In this document: piece by piece, positions 12,101 to 23,000 of the stretch | Layout: every line of letters starts with the position of its first letter | Position numbering within the stretch: the stretch's first letter is position 1 | NCBI GenBank assembly: GCA_964016885.1 | Contig: OZ024743.1 | Location: forward strand, 140,368,001-140,432,000 | Length of the DNA: 64,000 nucleotides | Direction of reading: 5' to 3' | Origin: Eledone cirrhosa | Taxonomy: Eukaryota | The notes under the pieces: model-generated | What the model saw: the letters and a program-made list of their open reading frames with translations, nothing else | Told to the model about the DNA's origin: nothing | Database searches by the model: none | Made by a program: the position numbers and the translations under genes

Positions 12101-15100
12101 TTGGTGTTTGGTGCTTGGTGCTTGGTGTTTGGTGCTTGGTGTTTGGTGCTTGGTGTTAGGTGTTTGGTGCTTGGTGTTATATGCTTGGTGTTTGATGCTT
12201 GGTGGTTGGTGCTTGGTGTTTGGTGCTTGGTGTTTGATGCTTGGTGCTTGGTGCTTGGTGTTTGGTGCTTGGTGCTTGGTGTTTGGTGCTTGGTGTTTGG
12301 TGCTTGGTGCTTGGTGCTTGGTGCTTGGTGCTTGGTGTTTGGTGGTTGGTGTTTGGTGCTTGGTGCTTGGTGCTTGGTGCTTGGTGTTTGGTGCTTGGTG
12401 TTTGGTGCTTGGTGTTAGGTGTTTGGTGCTTGGTGCTTGGTGTTTGGTGTTTGGTGCTTGGTGTTTGGTGTTTGGTGCTTGGTGTTTGGTGCTTTTTGCT
12501 TGGTGCTTGGTGCTTGGTGTTTGGTGCTTGGTTCTTGGTGTTTGGTGCTGGGTGCTTGGTGTTTGGTGTTTGGTGTTATATGCTTGGTGTTTGATGCTTG
12601 GTGCTTGGTGCTTGGTGTTTGGTGTTTGGTGCTTGGTGTTTGATGCTTGGTGCTTGGTGCTTGGTGTTTGGTGCTTGGTGCTTGGTGCTTGGTGTTTGGT
12701 GCTTGGTGTTTGGTGCTTGGTGTTTGGTGCTTGGTGCTTGGTGCTTGGTGTTTGGTGGTTGGTGCTTGGTGCTTGGTGTTAGGTGTTTGGTGCTTGGTGC
12801 TTGGTGTTTGGTGTTTGGTGCTTGGTGTTTGGTGTTTGGTGTTTGGTGTTTGGTGCTTGGTACTTGGTGCTTGGTGCTTGGTGTTAGGTGTTTGGTGCTT
12901 GGTGTTTGGTGTCTGGTTTTTGGTGCTTGGTGCTTGGTGTTTGGTGCTTGCTGCTGGCTGCTTGGTGTTTGGTGCTTGGTGATTGGTTCTTGGTGTTTGG
13001 TGCTTGGTGTTTGGTGTTTGGTGCTAGGTGCTTGGTGTTTGGTGCTTGGTGCTTGGTGTTTGTACTTGGTGCTTGGTGCTTGGTTCTCGGTGTTTGGTGC
13101 TTGGTGCTTGGTGTTTGGTGCTTGGTGCTTGGTGTTTGGTGCTTGGTGTTTGGTGCTTGGTGTTTGGTGCTTGGTGCTTGGTGCTTGGTGTTTGGTGCTT
13201 GGTGTTTGGTGCTTGGTGTTAGGTGTTTGGTGCTTGGTGCTTGGTGTTAGGTGTTTGGTGCTTGGTATTTGGTGCTTGGTGTTTGGTGCTTGGTGCTTGG
13301 TGCTTGGTGCTTGGTGTTTGGTGGTTGGTGTTTGGTGCTTGGTGTTAGGTGTTTGGTGCTTGGTGCTTGGTGTTTGGTGTTTGGTGCTTGGTGTTTGGTG
13401 TTTGGTGCTTGGTGTTTGGTGCTTTTTGCTTGGTGCTTGGTGCTTGGTGTTTGGTGCTTGGTTCTTGGTGTTTGGTGCTGGGTGCTTGGTGTTTGGTGTT
13501 TGGTGTTATATGCTTGGTGTTTGATGCTTGGTGCTTGGTGCTTGGTGTTTGGTGTTTGGTGCTTGGTGTTTGATGCTTGGTGCTTGGTGCTTGGTGTTTG
13601 GTGCTTGGTGCTTGGTGCTTGGTGTTTGGTGCTTGGTGTTTGGTGCTTGGTATTTGGTGCTTGGTGCTTGGTGCTTGGTGTTTGGTGGTTGGTGCTTGGT
13701 GCTTGGTGTTAGGTGTTTGGTGCTTGGTGCTTGGTGTTTGGTGCTTGGTGTTTGGTGTTTGGTGTTTGGTGTTTGGTGCTTGGTACTTGGTGCTTGGTGC
13801 TTGGTGTTAGGTGTTTGGTGCTTGGTGTTTGGTGTCTGGTTTTTGGTGCTTGGTGCTTGGTGTTTGGTGCTTGCTGCTGGCTGCTTGGTGTTTGGTGCTT
13901 GTTGATTGGTGCTTGGTGTTTGGTGCTAGGTGCTTGGTGTTTGGTGCTTGGTGCTTGGTGTTTGTACTTGGTGCTTGGTGCTTGGTTCTTGGTGTTTGGT
14001 GCTTGGTGCTTGGTGTTTGGTGCTTGGTGCTTGGTGTTTGGTGCTTGGTGTTTGGTGCTTGGTGTTTGGTGCTTGGTGCTTGGTGCTTGGTGTTTGGTGC
14101 TTGGTGTTTGGTGCTTGGTGTTAGGTGTTTGGTGCTTGGTGCTTGGTGTTAGGTGTTTGGTGCTTGGTGTTTGGTGCTTGGTGTTTGGTGCTTGGTGCTT
14201 GGTGCTTGGTGTTTGGTGGTTGGTGTTTGGTGCTTGGTGTTAGGTGTTTGGTGCTTGGTCCTTGGTGTTTGGTGTTTGGTGCTTGGTGTTTGGTGTTTGG
14301 TGCTTGGTGTTTGGTGCTTTTTGCTTGGTGCTTGGTGCTTGGTGTTTGGTGCTTGGTGCTTGGTGTTTGGTGCTGGGTGCTTGGTGTTTGGTGTTTGGTG
14401 TTATATGCTTGGTGTTTGATGCTTGGTGCTTGGTGCTTGGTGTTTGGTGTTTGGTGCTTGGTGTTTGATGCTTGGTGCTTGGTGCTTGGTGTTTGGTGCT
14501 TGGTGCTTGGTGTTTGGTGCTTGGTGCTTGGTGTTTGGTGCTTGGTGTTTGGTGCTTGGTGTTTGGTGCTTGGTGCTTGGTGCTTGGTGCTTGGTGCTTG
14601 GTGTTTGGTGGTTGGTGCTTGGTGCTTGGTGTTAGGTGTTTGGTGCTTGGTGCTTGGAGTTTGCTGTTTGGTGCTTGGTGTTTGGTGTTTGGTGCTTGGT
14701 GTCTGGTGCTTGGTACTTGGTGCTTGGTGCTTGGTGTTAGGTGTTTGGTGCTTGGTGTTTGGTGTCTGGTTTTTGGTGCTTGGTGCTTGGTGCTTAGTGT
14801 TTGGTGCTTGGTGCTTAGTGTTTGGTGCTAGGTGCTTGGTGTTTGGTGCTTGGTGCTTGGTGTTTGGTGCCTGGTGCTCGGTGTTTGGTGTTTGGTGTTT
14901 GGTGCTTGGTGCTTGGTGTTTGGTGTTTGCTGTTTGCTGTTTGTTGTTTGGTGTTTGCTGTTTGGTGTTTGGTGTTTGCTTTTTGGTGCTTGGTGTTTGA
15001 TGCTTGGTGCTTGGTGCTTGGTGCTTGGTGTTTGGTGCTTCGTGCTTGGTGTTTGGTGTTTGGTGCTTGGTGCTTGGTGTTTGGTGCTTGCTGCTGGCTG

Positions 15101-15520
15101 CTTGGTGTTTGGTGCTTGGTGATTGGTGCTTGGTGTTTGGTGCTTGGTGTTTGGTGTTTGGTGCTAGGTGCTTGGTGTTTGGTGCTTGGTGCCTGGTGTT
15201 TGTACTTGGTGCTTGGTGCTTGGTTCTTGGTGTTTGGTGCTTGGTCCTTGGTGTTTGGTGCTTGGTGCTTGGTGTTTGGTGCTTGGTGTTTGGTGCTTGG
15301 TGTTTGGTGTTTGGTGCTTGGTGCTTGGTGTTTGGTGCTTGGTGTTTGGTGCTTGGTGTTAGGTGTTGGTGCTTGGTGCTTGGTGTTTGGTGTTTGGTGC
15401 TTGGCGTTTGGTGTTTGGTGTTATATGCTTGGTGTTTGATGCTTGGTGCTTGGTGCTTGGTGTTTGGTGCTTGGTGTTTGATGCTTGGTGCTTGGTGCTT
15501 GGTGTTTGGTGCTTGGTGCT
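9200..15520 (+). repeat. 3203-bp tandem duplication nested within the 10.8 kb unit (repeated again at ~20040-26350)
   Basis: ORF pairs 9395/12598, 9685/12888, 10048/13251, 10510/13713 and 11965/15168 are offset by 3203 (3196 in the middle part). The same relation holds for 20236/23439. Marker GCTTGTTGATTGG lies at ~10694, ~13897, ~21535 and ~24738. Confidence 0.9.
9372..10301 (+). repeat. Representative ~0.9 kb ancestral higher-order unit (930 bp = 133 monomers, one of them 6 bp)
   Basis: Spacings between successive TATATGC markers are 916 (7121-8037), 930 (9372-10302), 902 (to 11204), 930 (12575-13505) and 895 (to 14400). All equal 7n-1, and the variant monomers occur in conserved order. 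Confidence 0.85.
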
Positions 15521-17098
15521 TGGTGTTTGTACTTGGTGCTTGGTGCTTGGTTCTTGGTGTTTGGTGCTTGGTGCTTGGTGTTTGGTGTTTGGTGCTTGGT
15601 GTTTGGTGCTTGGTGTTTGGTGCTTGGTGTTTGGTGCTTGGTGCTTGGTGTTTGGTGTTTGGTGCTTGGTGTTTGGTGCTTGGTGTTTGGTGTTAGGTGT
15701 TTGGTGCTTGGTGTTTGGTGTTTGGTGCTTGGTGTTTGGTGCTTGGTGTTTGGTGCTTGGTGTTTGGTGCTTCGTACTTGGTGCTTGGTGCTTGGTGTTA
15801 GGTGTTTGGTGCTTGGTGCTTGGTGTTTGGTTTTTGGTGCTTGGTGCTTGGTGTTTGGTGTTTGGGGCTTGCTGCTGGCTGCTTGGTGTTTGATGCTTGG
15901 TGATTGGTGCTTGGTGTTTTGTGCTTGGTGTTTCGTGCTTGGTGTTTGGTGCTTGGTGCTTGGTGTTTGGTGCCTGGTGCTTGGTGCTTGGTGTTTGGTG
16001 TTTGGTGTTAGGTGCTTGATGCTTGGTGTTTGGTGCTTGGTGCTGGGTGGTTGGTGTTTAGTGCTTGGTGTTTGGTGCTGGGTGCTTGGTGTTTGGTGCT
16101 TGGTGCTTGGTCTTTGGTGCTTGGTGTTTGGTGTTTGGTGCTTGGTGCTTGGTGCTTGGTGTTTGGTGCTTGGTGCTTGGTGTTTGGTGCTTGGTGCTTA
16201 GTGTTTGGTGCTTGGTGCTTAGTGTTTGGTGCTAGGTGCTTGGTGTTTGGTGCTTGGTGCTTGGTGTTTGGTGCCTGGTGCTTGGTGTTTGGTGTTTGGT
16301 GTTTGGTGCTTGGTGCTTGGTGTTTGGTGTTTGCTGTTTGCTGTTTGTTGTTTGGTGTTTGCTGTTTGGTGTTTGGTGTTTGCTTTTTGGTGTTTGGTGT
16401 TTGCTGTATGTTGTTTGCTGTTTGGTGTTTGGTGTTTGGTGTTTCGTGCTTGGTGTTTGGTGCTTGGTGCTTGGTGTTTGGTGCCTGGTGCTTGGTGCTT
16501 GGTGCTTGGTGTTTGGTGTTTGGTGCTTGGTGCTTGGAGTTTGGTGTTTGGTGCTTGGTGCTTGGTGTTTCGTGTTTCGTGTTTGGTTTTTGGTGCTTGG
16601 TGCTTGGTGCTTGGTCCTTGGTGTTTGGTGTTTGCTGCTTGGTGTTTGATGCTTGGTGCTTGGTGCTTGGTGTTTTGTGTTTGGTGCTTGGTGCTTGGTG
16701 TTTGGTGCTTGGTGCTTGGTGCTTGGTGTTTGTACTTGGTGCTTGGTGTTTGGTTCTTGGTTCTTGGTGTTTGGTGTTTGGCGTTTGCTGTTTGGTGCTT
16801 GGTGCTTGGTGTTTGGTGCTTGGTGCTTGGTGTTTGGTGCCTGGTGCTTGGTGCTTGGTGTTGGTGTTTGGTGCTTGGTGCTTGGTGCTTGGAGTTTGGT
16901 GTTTGGTGCTTGGTGCTTTGTGTTTTGTGTTTGGTGTTTGGTTTTTGGTGCTTGGTGCTTGGTCCTTGGTGTTTGGTGCTGGGTGCTTTGTGTTTGGTGC
17001 TTGGTGCTTGGTGTTTGGTGTTTGATGCTTGGTGTTTGATGCTTGGTGCTTGGTGCTTGGTGTTTTGTGTTTGGTGCTTGGTGCTTGGTGTTTGATGC

Positions 17099-20000
17099 TT
17101 GGTGCTTGCTGCTGGCTGCTTGGTGTTTGGTGCTTGGTGATTGGTGCTTGGTGTTTGGTGCTTGGTGTTTGGTGTTTGGTGCTAGATGCTTGGTGTTTGG
17201 TGCTTGGTGCTTGGTGTTTGTACTTGGTGCTTGGTGCTTGGTTCTTGGTGTTTGGTGCTTGGTGCTTGGTGTTTGGTGCTTGGTGCTTGGTGTTTGGTGC
17301 TTGGTGTTTGGTGCTTGGTGCTTGGTGCTTGGTGTTTGTACTTGGTGCTTGGTGCTTGGTGTTTGGTTCTTGGTTCTTGGTGTTTGGTACTTGGTGCTTG
17401 GTGCTTGGTGCTTGATGTTTGGTGTTTGGTGGTTGGTGTTTGGTGCTTGGTGCTTGGTGCTTGGTGTTAGGTGTTTGGTGCTTGGTCCTTGGTGTTTGGT
17501 GCTTGGTGTTTGGTGTTTGCTGTCTGCTTTTTGGTGTTTAGTGTTTGCTGTATGGTGTTTGGTGTTTGCTGTTTGGTGTTTGGTCTTTGGTGCTTGGTGT
17601 TTGGTGCTTGGTGCTTGGTGTTTGGTGTTTGGTGCTTGGTGCTTGGTGTTTGGTGTTATATGCTTGGTGTTTGATGCTTGGTGCTTGGTGCTTGGTGTTT
17701 GGTGTTTGGTGTTTGTACTTGGTGCTTGGTGCTTGGTGCTTGGTGTTTGGTGCTTGGTGTTTGGTGCTTGGTGCTTGGTGCTTGGTGCTTGGTGCTTGGT
17801 GTTTGGTGGTTGGTGTTTGGTGCTTGGTGTTAGGTGTTTGGTGCTTGGTGCTTGGTGTTTGGTGTTTGGTGCTTGGTGTTTGGTGTTTGGTGCTTGGTGT
17901 TTGGTGCTTGGTACTTGGTGCTTGGTGCTTGGTGTTAGGTGTTTGGTGCTTGGTGTTTGGTGCTTGGTGTTTGGTGCTTGGTGCTTGGTGCTTGGTGCTT
18001 GGTGTTTGGTGGTTGGTGTTTGGTGCTTGGTGTTAGGTGTTTGGTGCTTGGTGCTTGGTGTTTGGTGCTTGGTGCTTGGTGTTTGGTGTTTGGTGCTTGG
18101 TGTTTGGTGCTTGGTGCTTGGTGCTTGGTGCTTGGTGTTTGGTGGTTGGTGCTTGGTGCTTGGTGTTAGGTGTTTGGTGCTTGGTGCTTGGTGTTTGGTG
18201 TTTGGTGCTTGGTGTTTGGTGTTTGGTGCTTGGTGTTTGGTGCTTGGTACTTGGTGCTTGGTGCTTGGTGTTAGGTGTTTGGTGCTTGGTGTTTGGTGTT
18301 TGGTGCTTGCTGCTGGCTGCTTGGTGTTTGGTGCCTGGTGATTGGTGCTTGGTGTTTGGTGCTTGGTGTTTGGTGTTTGGTGCTAGGTGCTTGGTGTTTG
18401 GTTCTTGGTGCTTGGTGTTTGTACTTGGTGCTTGGTGCTTGGTTCTTGGTGTTTGGTGCTTGGTGCTTGGTGTTTGGTGCTTGGTGCTTGGTGTTTGGTG
18501 CTTGGTGTTTGGTGCTTGGTGTTTGGTGCTTGGTGCTTGGTGCTTGGTGTTTGGTGCCTGGTGTTTGGTGCTTGGTGTTAGGTGTTTGGTGCTTGGTGCT
18601 TGGTGTTAGGTGTTTGGTGCTTGGTGTTTGGTGCTTGGTGTTTGGTGCTTGGTGCTTGGTGCTTGGTGCTTGGTGTTTGGTGGTTGGTGTTTGGTGCTTG
18701 GTGTTAGGTGTTTGGTGCTTGGTGCTTGGTGTTTGGTGTTTGGTACTTGGTGTTTGGTGTTTGGTGCTTGGTGTTTGGTGCTTTTTGCTTGGTGCTTGGT
18801 GCTTGGTGTTTGGTGCTTGGTGCTTGGTGTTTGGTGCTGGGTGCTTGGTGTTTGTTGTTTGGTGTTATATGCTTGGTGTTTGATGCTTGGTGCTTGGTGC
18901 TTGGTGTTTGGTGTTTGGTGCTTGGTGTTTGATGCTTGGTGCTTGGTGCTTGGTGTTTGGTGCTTGGTGCTTCGTGTTTGGTGCTTGGTGCTTGGTGTTT
19001 GGTGCTTGGTGTTTGGTGCTTGGTGTTTGGTGCTTGGTGCTTGGTGCTTGGTGCTTGGTGTTTGGTGGTTGGTGCTTGGTGCTTGGTGTTAGGTGTTTGG
19101 TGCTTGGTGCTTGGTGTTTGGTGTTTGGTGCTTGGTGTTTGGTGTTTGGTGCTTGGTGTTTGGTGCTTGGTACTTGGTGCTTGGTGCTTGGTGTTAGGTG
19201 TTTGGTGCTTGGTGTTTGGTGTCTGGTTTTTGGTGCTTGGTGCTTGGTGTTTGGTGCTTGCTGCTGGCTGCTTGGTGTTTTGTGCTTGGTGATTGGCGCT
19301 TGGTGTTTGGTGCTTGGTGTTTGGTGTTTGGTGCTAGGTGCTTGGTGTTTGGTGCTTGGTGCTTGGTGTTTGTACTTGGTGCTTGGTGCTTGGTTCTTGG
19401 TGTTTGGTGCTTGGTGCTTGGTGTTTGGTGCTTGGTGCTTGGTGTTTGGTGCTTGGTGTTTGGTGCTTGGTGTTAGGTGTGTGGTGCTTGGTGCTTGGTG
19501 TTTGGTGTTTGGTGCTTGGTGTTTGGTGTTTGGTGTTATATGCTTGGTGTTTGATGCTTGGTGCTTGGTGCTTGGTGTTTGGTGCTTGGTGTTTGATGCT
19601 TGGTGCTTGGTGCTTGGTGTTTGGTGCTTGGTGCTTGGTGTTTGGTGTTTGGTGCTTGGTGTTTGGTATTTGGTGTTATATGCTTGGTGTTTGATGCTTG
19701 GTGCTTGGTGCTTGGTGTTTGGTGTTTGGTGTTTGTACTTGGTGCTTGGTGCTTGGTGCTTGGTGTTTGGTGCTTGGTGTTTGGTGCTTGGTGCTTGGTG
19801 CTTGGTGCTTGGTGCTTGGTGTTTGGTGGTTGGTGTTTGGTGCTTGGTGTTAGGTGTTTGGTGCTTGGTGCTTGGTGCTTGGTGTTTGGTGCTTGGTGTT
19901 TGGTGTTTGGTGCTTGGTGTTTGGTGCTTGGTACTTGGTGCTTGGTGCTTGGTGTTAGGTGTTTGGTGCTTGGTGTTTGGTGCTTGGTGTTTGGTGCTTG

Positions 20001-23000
20001 GTGCTTGGTGCATGGTGCTTGGTGTTTGGTGGTTGGTGTTTGGTGCTTGGTGTTAGGTGTTTGGTGCTTGGTGCTTGGTGTTTGGTGTTTGGTGCTTGGT
20101 GTTTGGTGTTTGGTGCTTGGTGTTTGGTGCTTTTTGCTTGGTGCTTGGTGCTTGGTGTTTGGTGCTTGGTTCTTGGTGTTTGGTGCTGGGTGCTTGGTGT
20201 TTGGTGTTTGGTGTTATATGCTTGGTGTTTGATGCTTGGTGCTTGGTGCTTGGTGTTTGGTGTTTGGTGCTTGGTGTTTGATGCTTGGTGCTTGGTGCTT
20301 GGTGTTTGGTGCTTGGTGCTTGGTGCTTGGTGTTTGGTGCTTGGTGTTTGGTGCTTGGTGTTTGGTGCTTGGTGCTTGGTGCTTGGTGTTTGGTGGTTGG
20401 TGCTTGGTGCTTGGTGTTAGGTGTTTGGTGCTTGGTGCTTGGTGTTTGGTGTATGGTGCTTGGTGTTTGGTGTTTGGTGTTTGGTGTTTGGTGCTTGGTA
20501 CTTGGTGCTTGGTGCTTGGTGTTAGGTGTTTGGTGCTTGGTGTTTGGTGTCTGGTTTTTGGTGCTTGGTGCTTGGTGTTTGGTGCTTGCTGCTGGCTGCT
20601 TGGTGTTTGGTGCTTGGTGATTGGTTCTTGGTGTTTGGTGTTTGGTGTTTGGTGTTTGGTGCTAGGTGCTTGGTGTTTGGTGCTTGGTGCTTGGTGTTTG
20701 TACTTGGTGCTTGGTGCTTGGTTCTTGGTGTTTGGTGCTTGGTGCTTGGTGTTTGGTGCTTGGTGCTTGGTGTTTGGTGCTTGGTGTTTGGTGCTTGGTG
20801 TTTGGTGCTTGGTGCTTGGTGCTTGGTGTTTGGTGCTTCGTGTTTGGTGCTTGGTGTTAGGTGTTTGGTGCTTGGTGCTTGGTGTTAGGTGTTTGGTGCT
20901 TGGTATTTGGTGCTTGGTGTTTGGTGCTTGGTGCTTGGTGCTTGGTGCTTGGTGTTTGGTGGTTGGTGTTTGGTGCTTGGTGTTAGGTGTTTGGTGCTTG
21001 GTGCTTGGTGTTTGGTGTTTGGTGCTTGGTGTTTGGTGTTTGGTGCTTGGTGTTTGGTGCTTTTTGCTTGGTGCTTGGTGCTTGGTGTTTGGTGCTTGGT
21101 TCTTGGTGTTTGGTGCTGGGTGCTTGGTGTTTGGTGTTTGGTGTTATATGCTTGGTGTTTGATGCTTGGTGCTTGGTGCTTGGTGTTTGGTGTTTGGTGC
21201 TTGGTGTTTGATGCTTGGTGCTTGGTGCTTGGTGTTTGGTGCTTGGTGCTTGGTGCTTGGTGTTTGGTGCTTGGTGTTTGGTGCTTGGTATTTGGTGCTT
21301 GGTGCTTGGTGCTTGGTGTTTGGTGGTTGGTGCTTGGTGCTTGGTGTTAGGTGTTTGGTGCTTGGTGCTTGGTGTTTGGTGCTTGGTGTTTGGTGTTTGG
21401 TGTTTGGTGTTTGGTGCTTGGTACTTGGTGCTTGGTGCTTGGTGTTAGGTGTTTGGTGCTTGGTGTTTGGTGTCTGGTTTTTGGTGCTTGGTGCTTGGTG
21501 TTTGGTGCTTGCTGCTGGCTGCTTGGTACTTGGTGCTTGTTGATTGGTGCTTGGTGTTTGGTGCTAGGTGCTTGGTGTTTGGTGCTTGGTGCTTGGTGTT
21601 TGTATTTGGTGCTTGGTGCTTGGTTCTTGGTGTTTGGTGCTTGGTGCTTGGTGTTTGGTGCTTGGTGCTTGGTGTTTGGTGCTTGGTGTTTGGTGCTTGG
21701 TGTTTGGTGCTTGGTGCTTGGTGCTTGGTGTTTGGTGCTTGGTGTTTGGTGCTTGGTGTTAGGTGTTTGGTGCTTGGTGCTTGGTGTTAGGTGTTTGGTG
21801 CTTGGTGTTTGGTGCTTGGTGTTTGGTGCTTGGTGCTTGGTGCTTGGTGCTTGGTGTTTGGTGGTTGGTGTTTGGTGCTTGGTGTTAGGTGTTTGGTGCT
21901 TGGTGCTTGGTGTTTGGTGTTTGGTGCTTGGTGTTTGGTGTTTGGTGCTTGGTGTTTGGTGCTTTTTGCTTGGTGCTTGGTGCTTGGTGTTTGGTGCTTG
22001 GTGCTTGGTGTTTGGTGCTGGGTGCTTGGTGTTTGGTGTTTGGTGTTATATGCTTGGTGTTTGATGCTTGGTGCTTGGTGCTTGGTGTTTGGTGTTTGGT
22101 GCTTGGTGTTTGATGCTTGGTGCTTGGTGCTTGGTGTTTGGTGCTTGGTGCTTGGTGTTTGGTGCTTGGTGCTTGGTGTTTGGTGCTTGGTGTTTGGTGC
22201 TTGGTGTTTGGTGCTTGGTGCTTGGTGCTTGGTGCTTGGTGCTTGGTGTTTGGTGGTTGGTGCTTGGTGCTTGGTGTTAGGTGTTTGGTGCTTGGTGCTT
22301 GGTGTTTGGTGTTTGGTGCTTGGTGTTTGGTGTTTGGTGCTTGGTGTTTGGTGCTTGGTACTTGGTGCTTGGTGCTTGGTGTTAGGTGTTTGGTGCTTGG
22401 TGTTTGGTGTCTGGTTTTTGGTGCTTGGTGCTTGGTGCTTAGTGTTTGGTGCTTGGTGCTTAGTGTTTGGTGCTAGGTGCTTGGTGTTTGGTGCTTGGTG
22501 CTTGGTGTTTGGTGCCTGGTGCTTGGTGTTTGGTGTTTGGTGTTTGGTGCTTGGTGCTTGGTGTTTGGTGTTTGCTGTTTGCTGTTTGTTGTTTGGTGTT
22601 TGCTGTTTGGTGTTTGGTGTTTGCTTTTTGGTGCTTGGTGTTTGATGCTTGGTGCTTGGTGCTTGGTGTTTGGTGCTTGGTGCTTGGTGTTTGGTGTTTG
22701 GTGCTTGGTGCTTGGTGTTTGGTGCTTGCTGCTGGCTGCTTGGTGTTTGATGCTTGGTGATTGGTGCTTGGTGTTTGGTGCTTGGTGTTTGGTGTTTGGT
22801 GCTAGGTGCTTGGTGTTTGGTGCTTGGTGCTTGGTGTTTGTACTTGGTGCTTGGTGCTTGGTTCTTGGTGTTTGGTGCTTGGTGCTTGGTGTTTGGTGCT
22901 TGGTGCTTGGTGTTTGGTGCTTGGTGTTTGGTGCTTGGTGTTTGGTGTTTGGTGCTTGGTGCTTGGTGTTTGGTGCTTGGTGTTTGGTGCTTGGTGTTAG

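Larger units (their letters stand above)
6027..17098 (+). repeat. ~10.8-11.1 kb higher-order tandem duplication, copy 1
   Basis: ORF series 6114, 7448, 8060, 9395, 12598, 14125, 15485 and 16012 recurs at 17186, 18275, 18887, 20236, 23439, 24966, 26320 and 26847, with offsets stepping 11072, 10827, 10841, 10835. Rare markers GGTGTGTGG (~8649/~19476) and GTTCTCGG (~13083/~23924) are shared. Confidence 0.93.

Noticed and set aside
16042-16054. GCTGGGTGG resembling the E. coli Chi site GCTGGTGG
   Set aside because: It is not an exact match (extra G) and is explained by adjacent variant monomers. There is no bacterial context.
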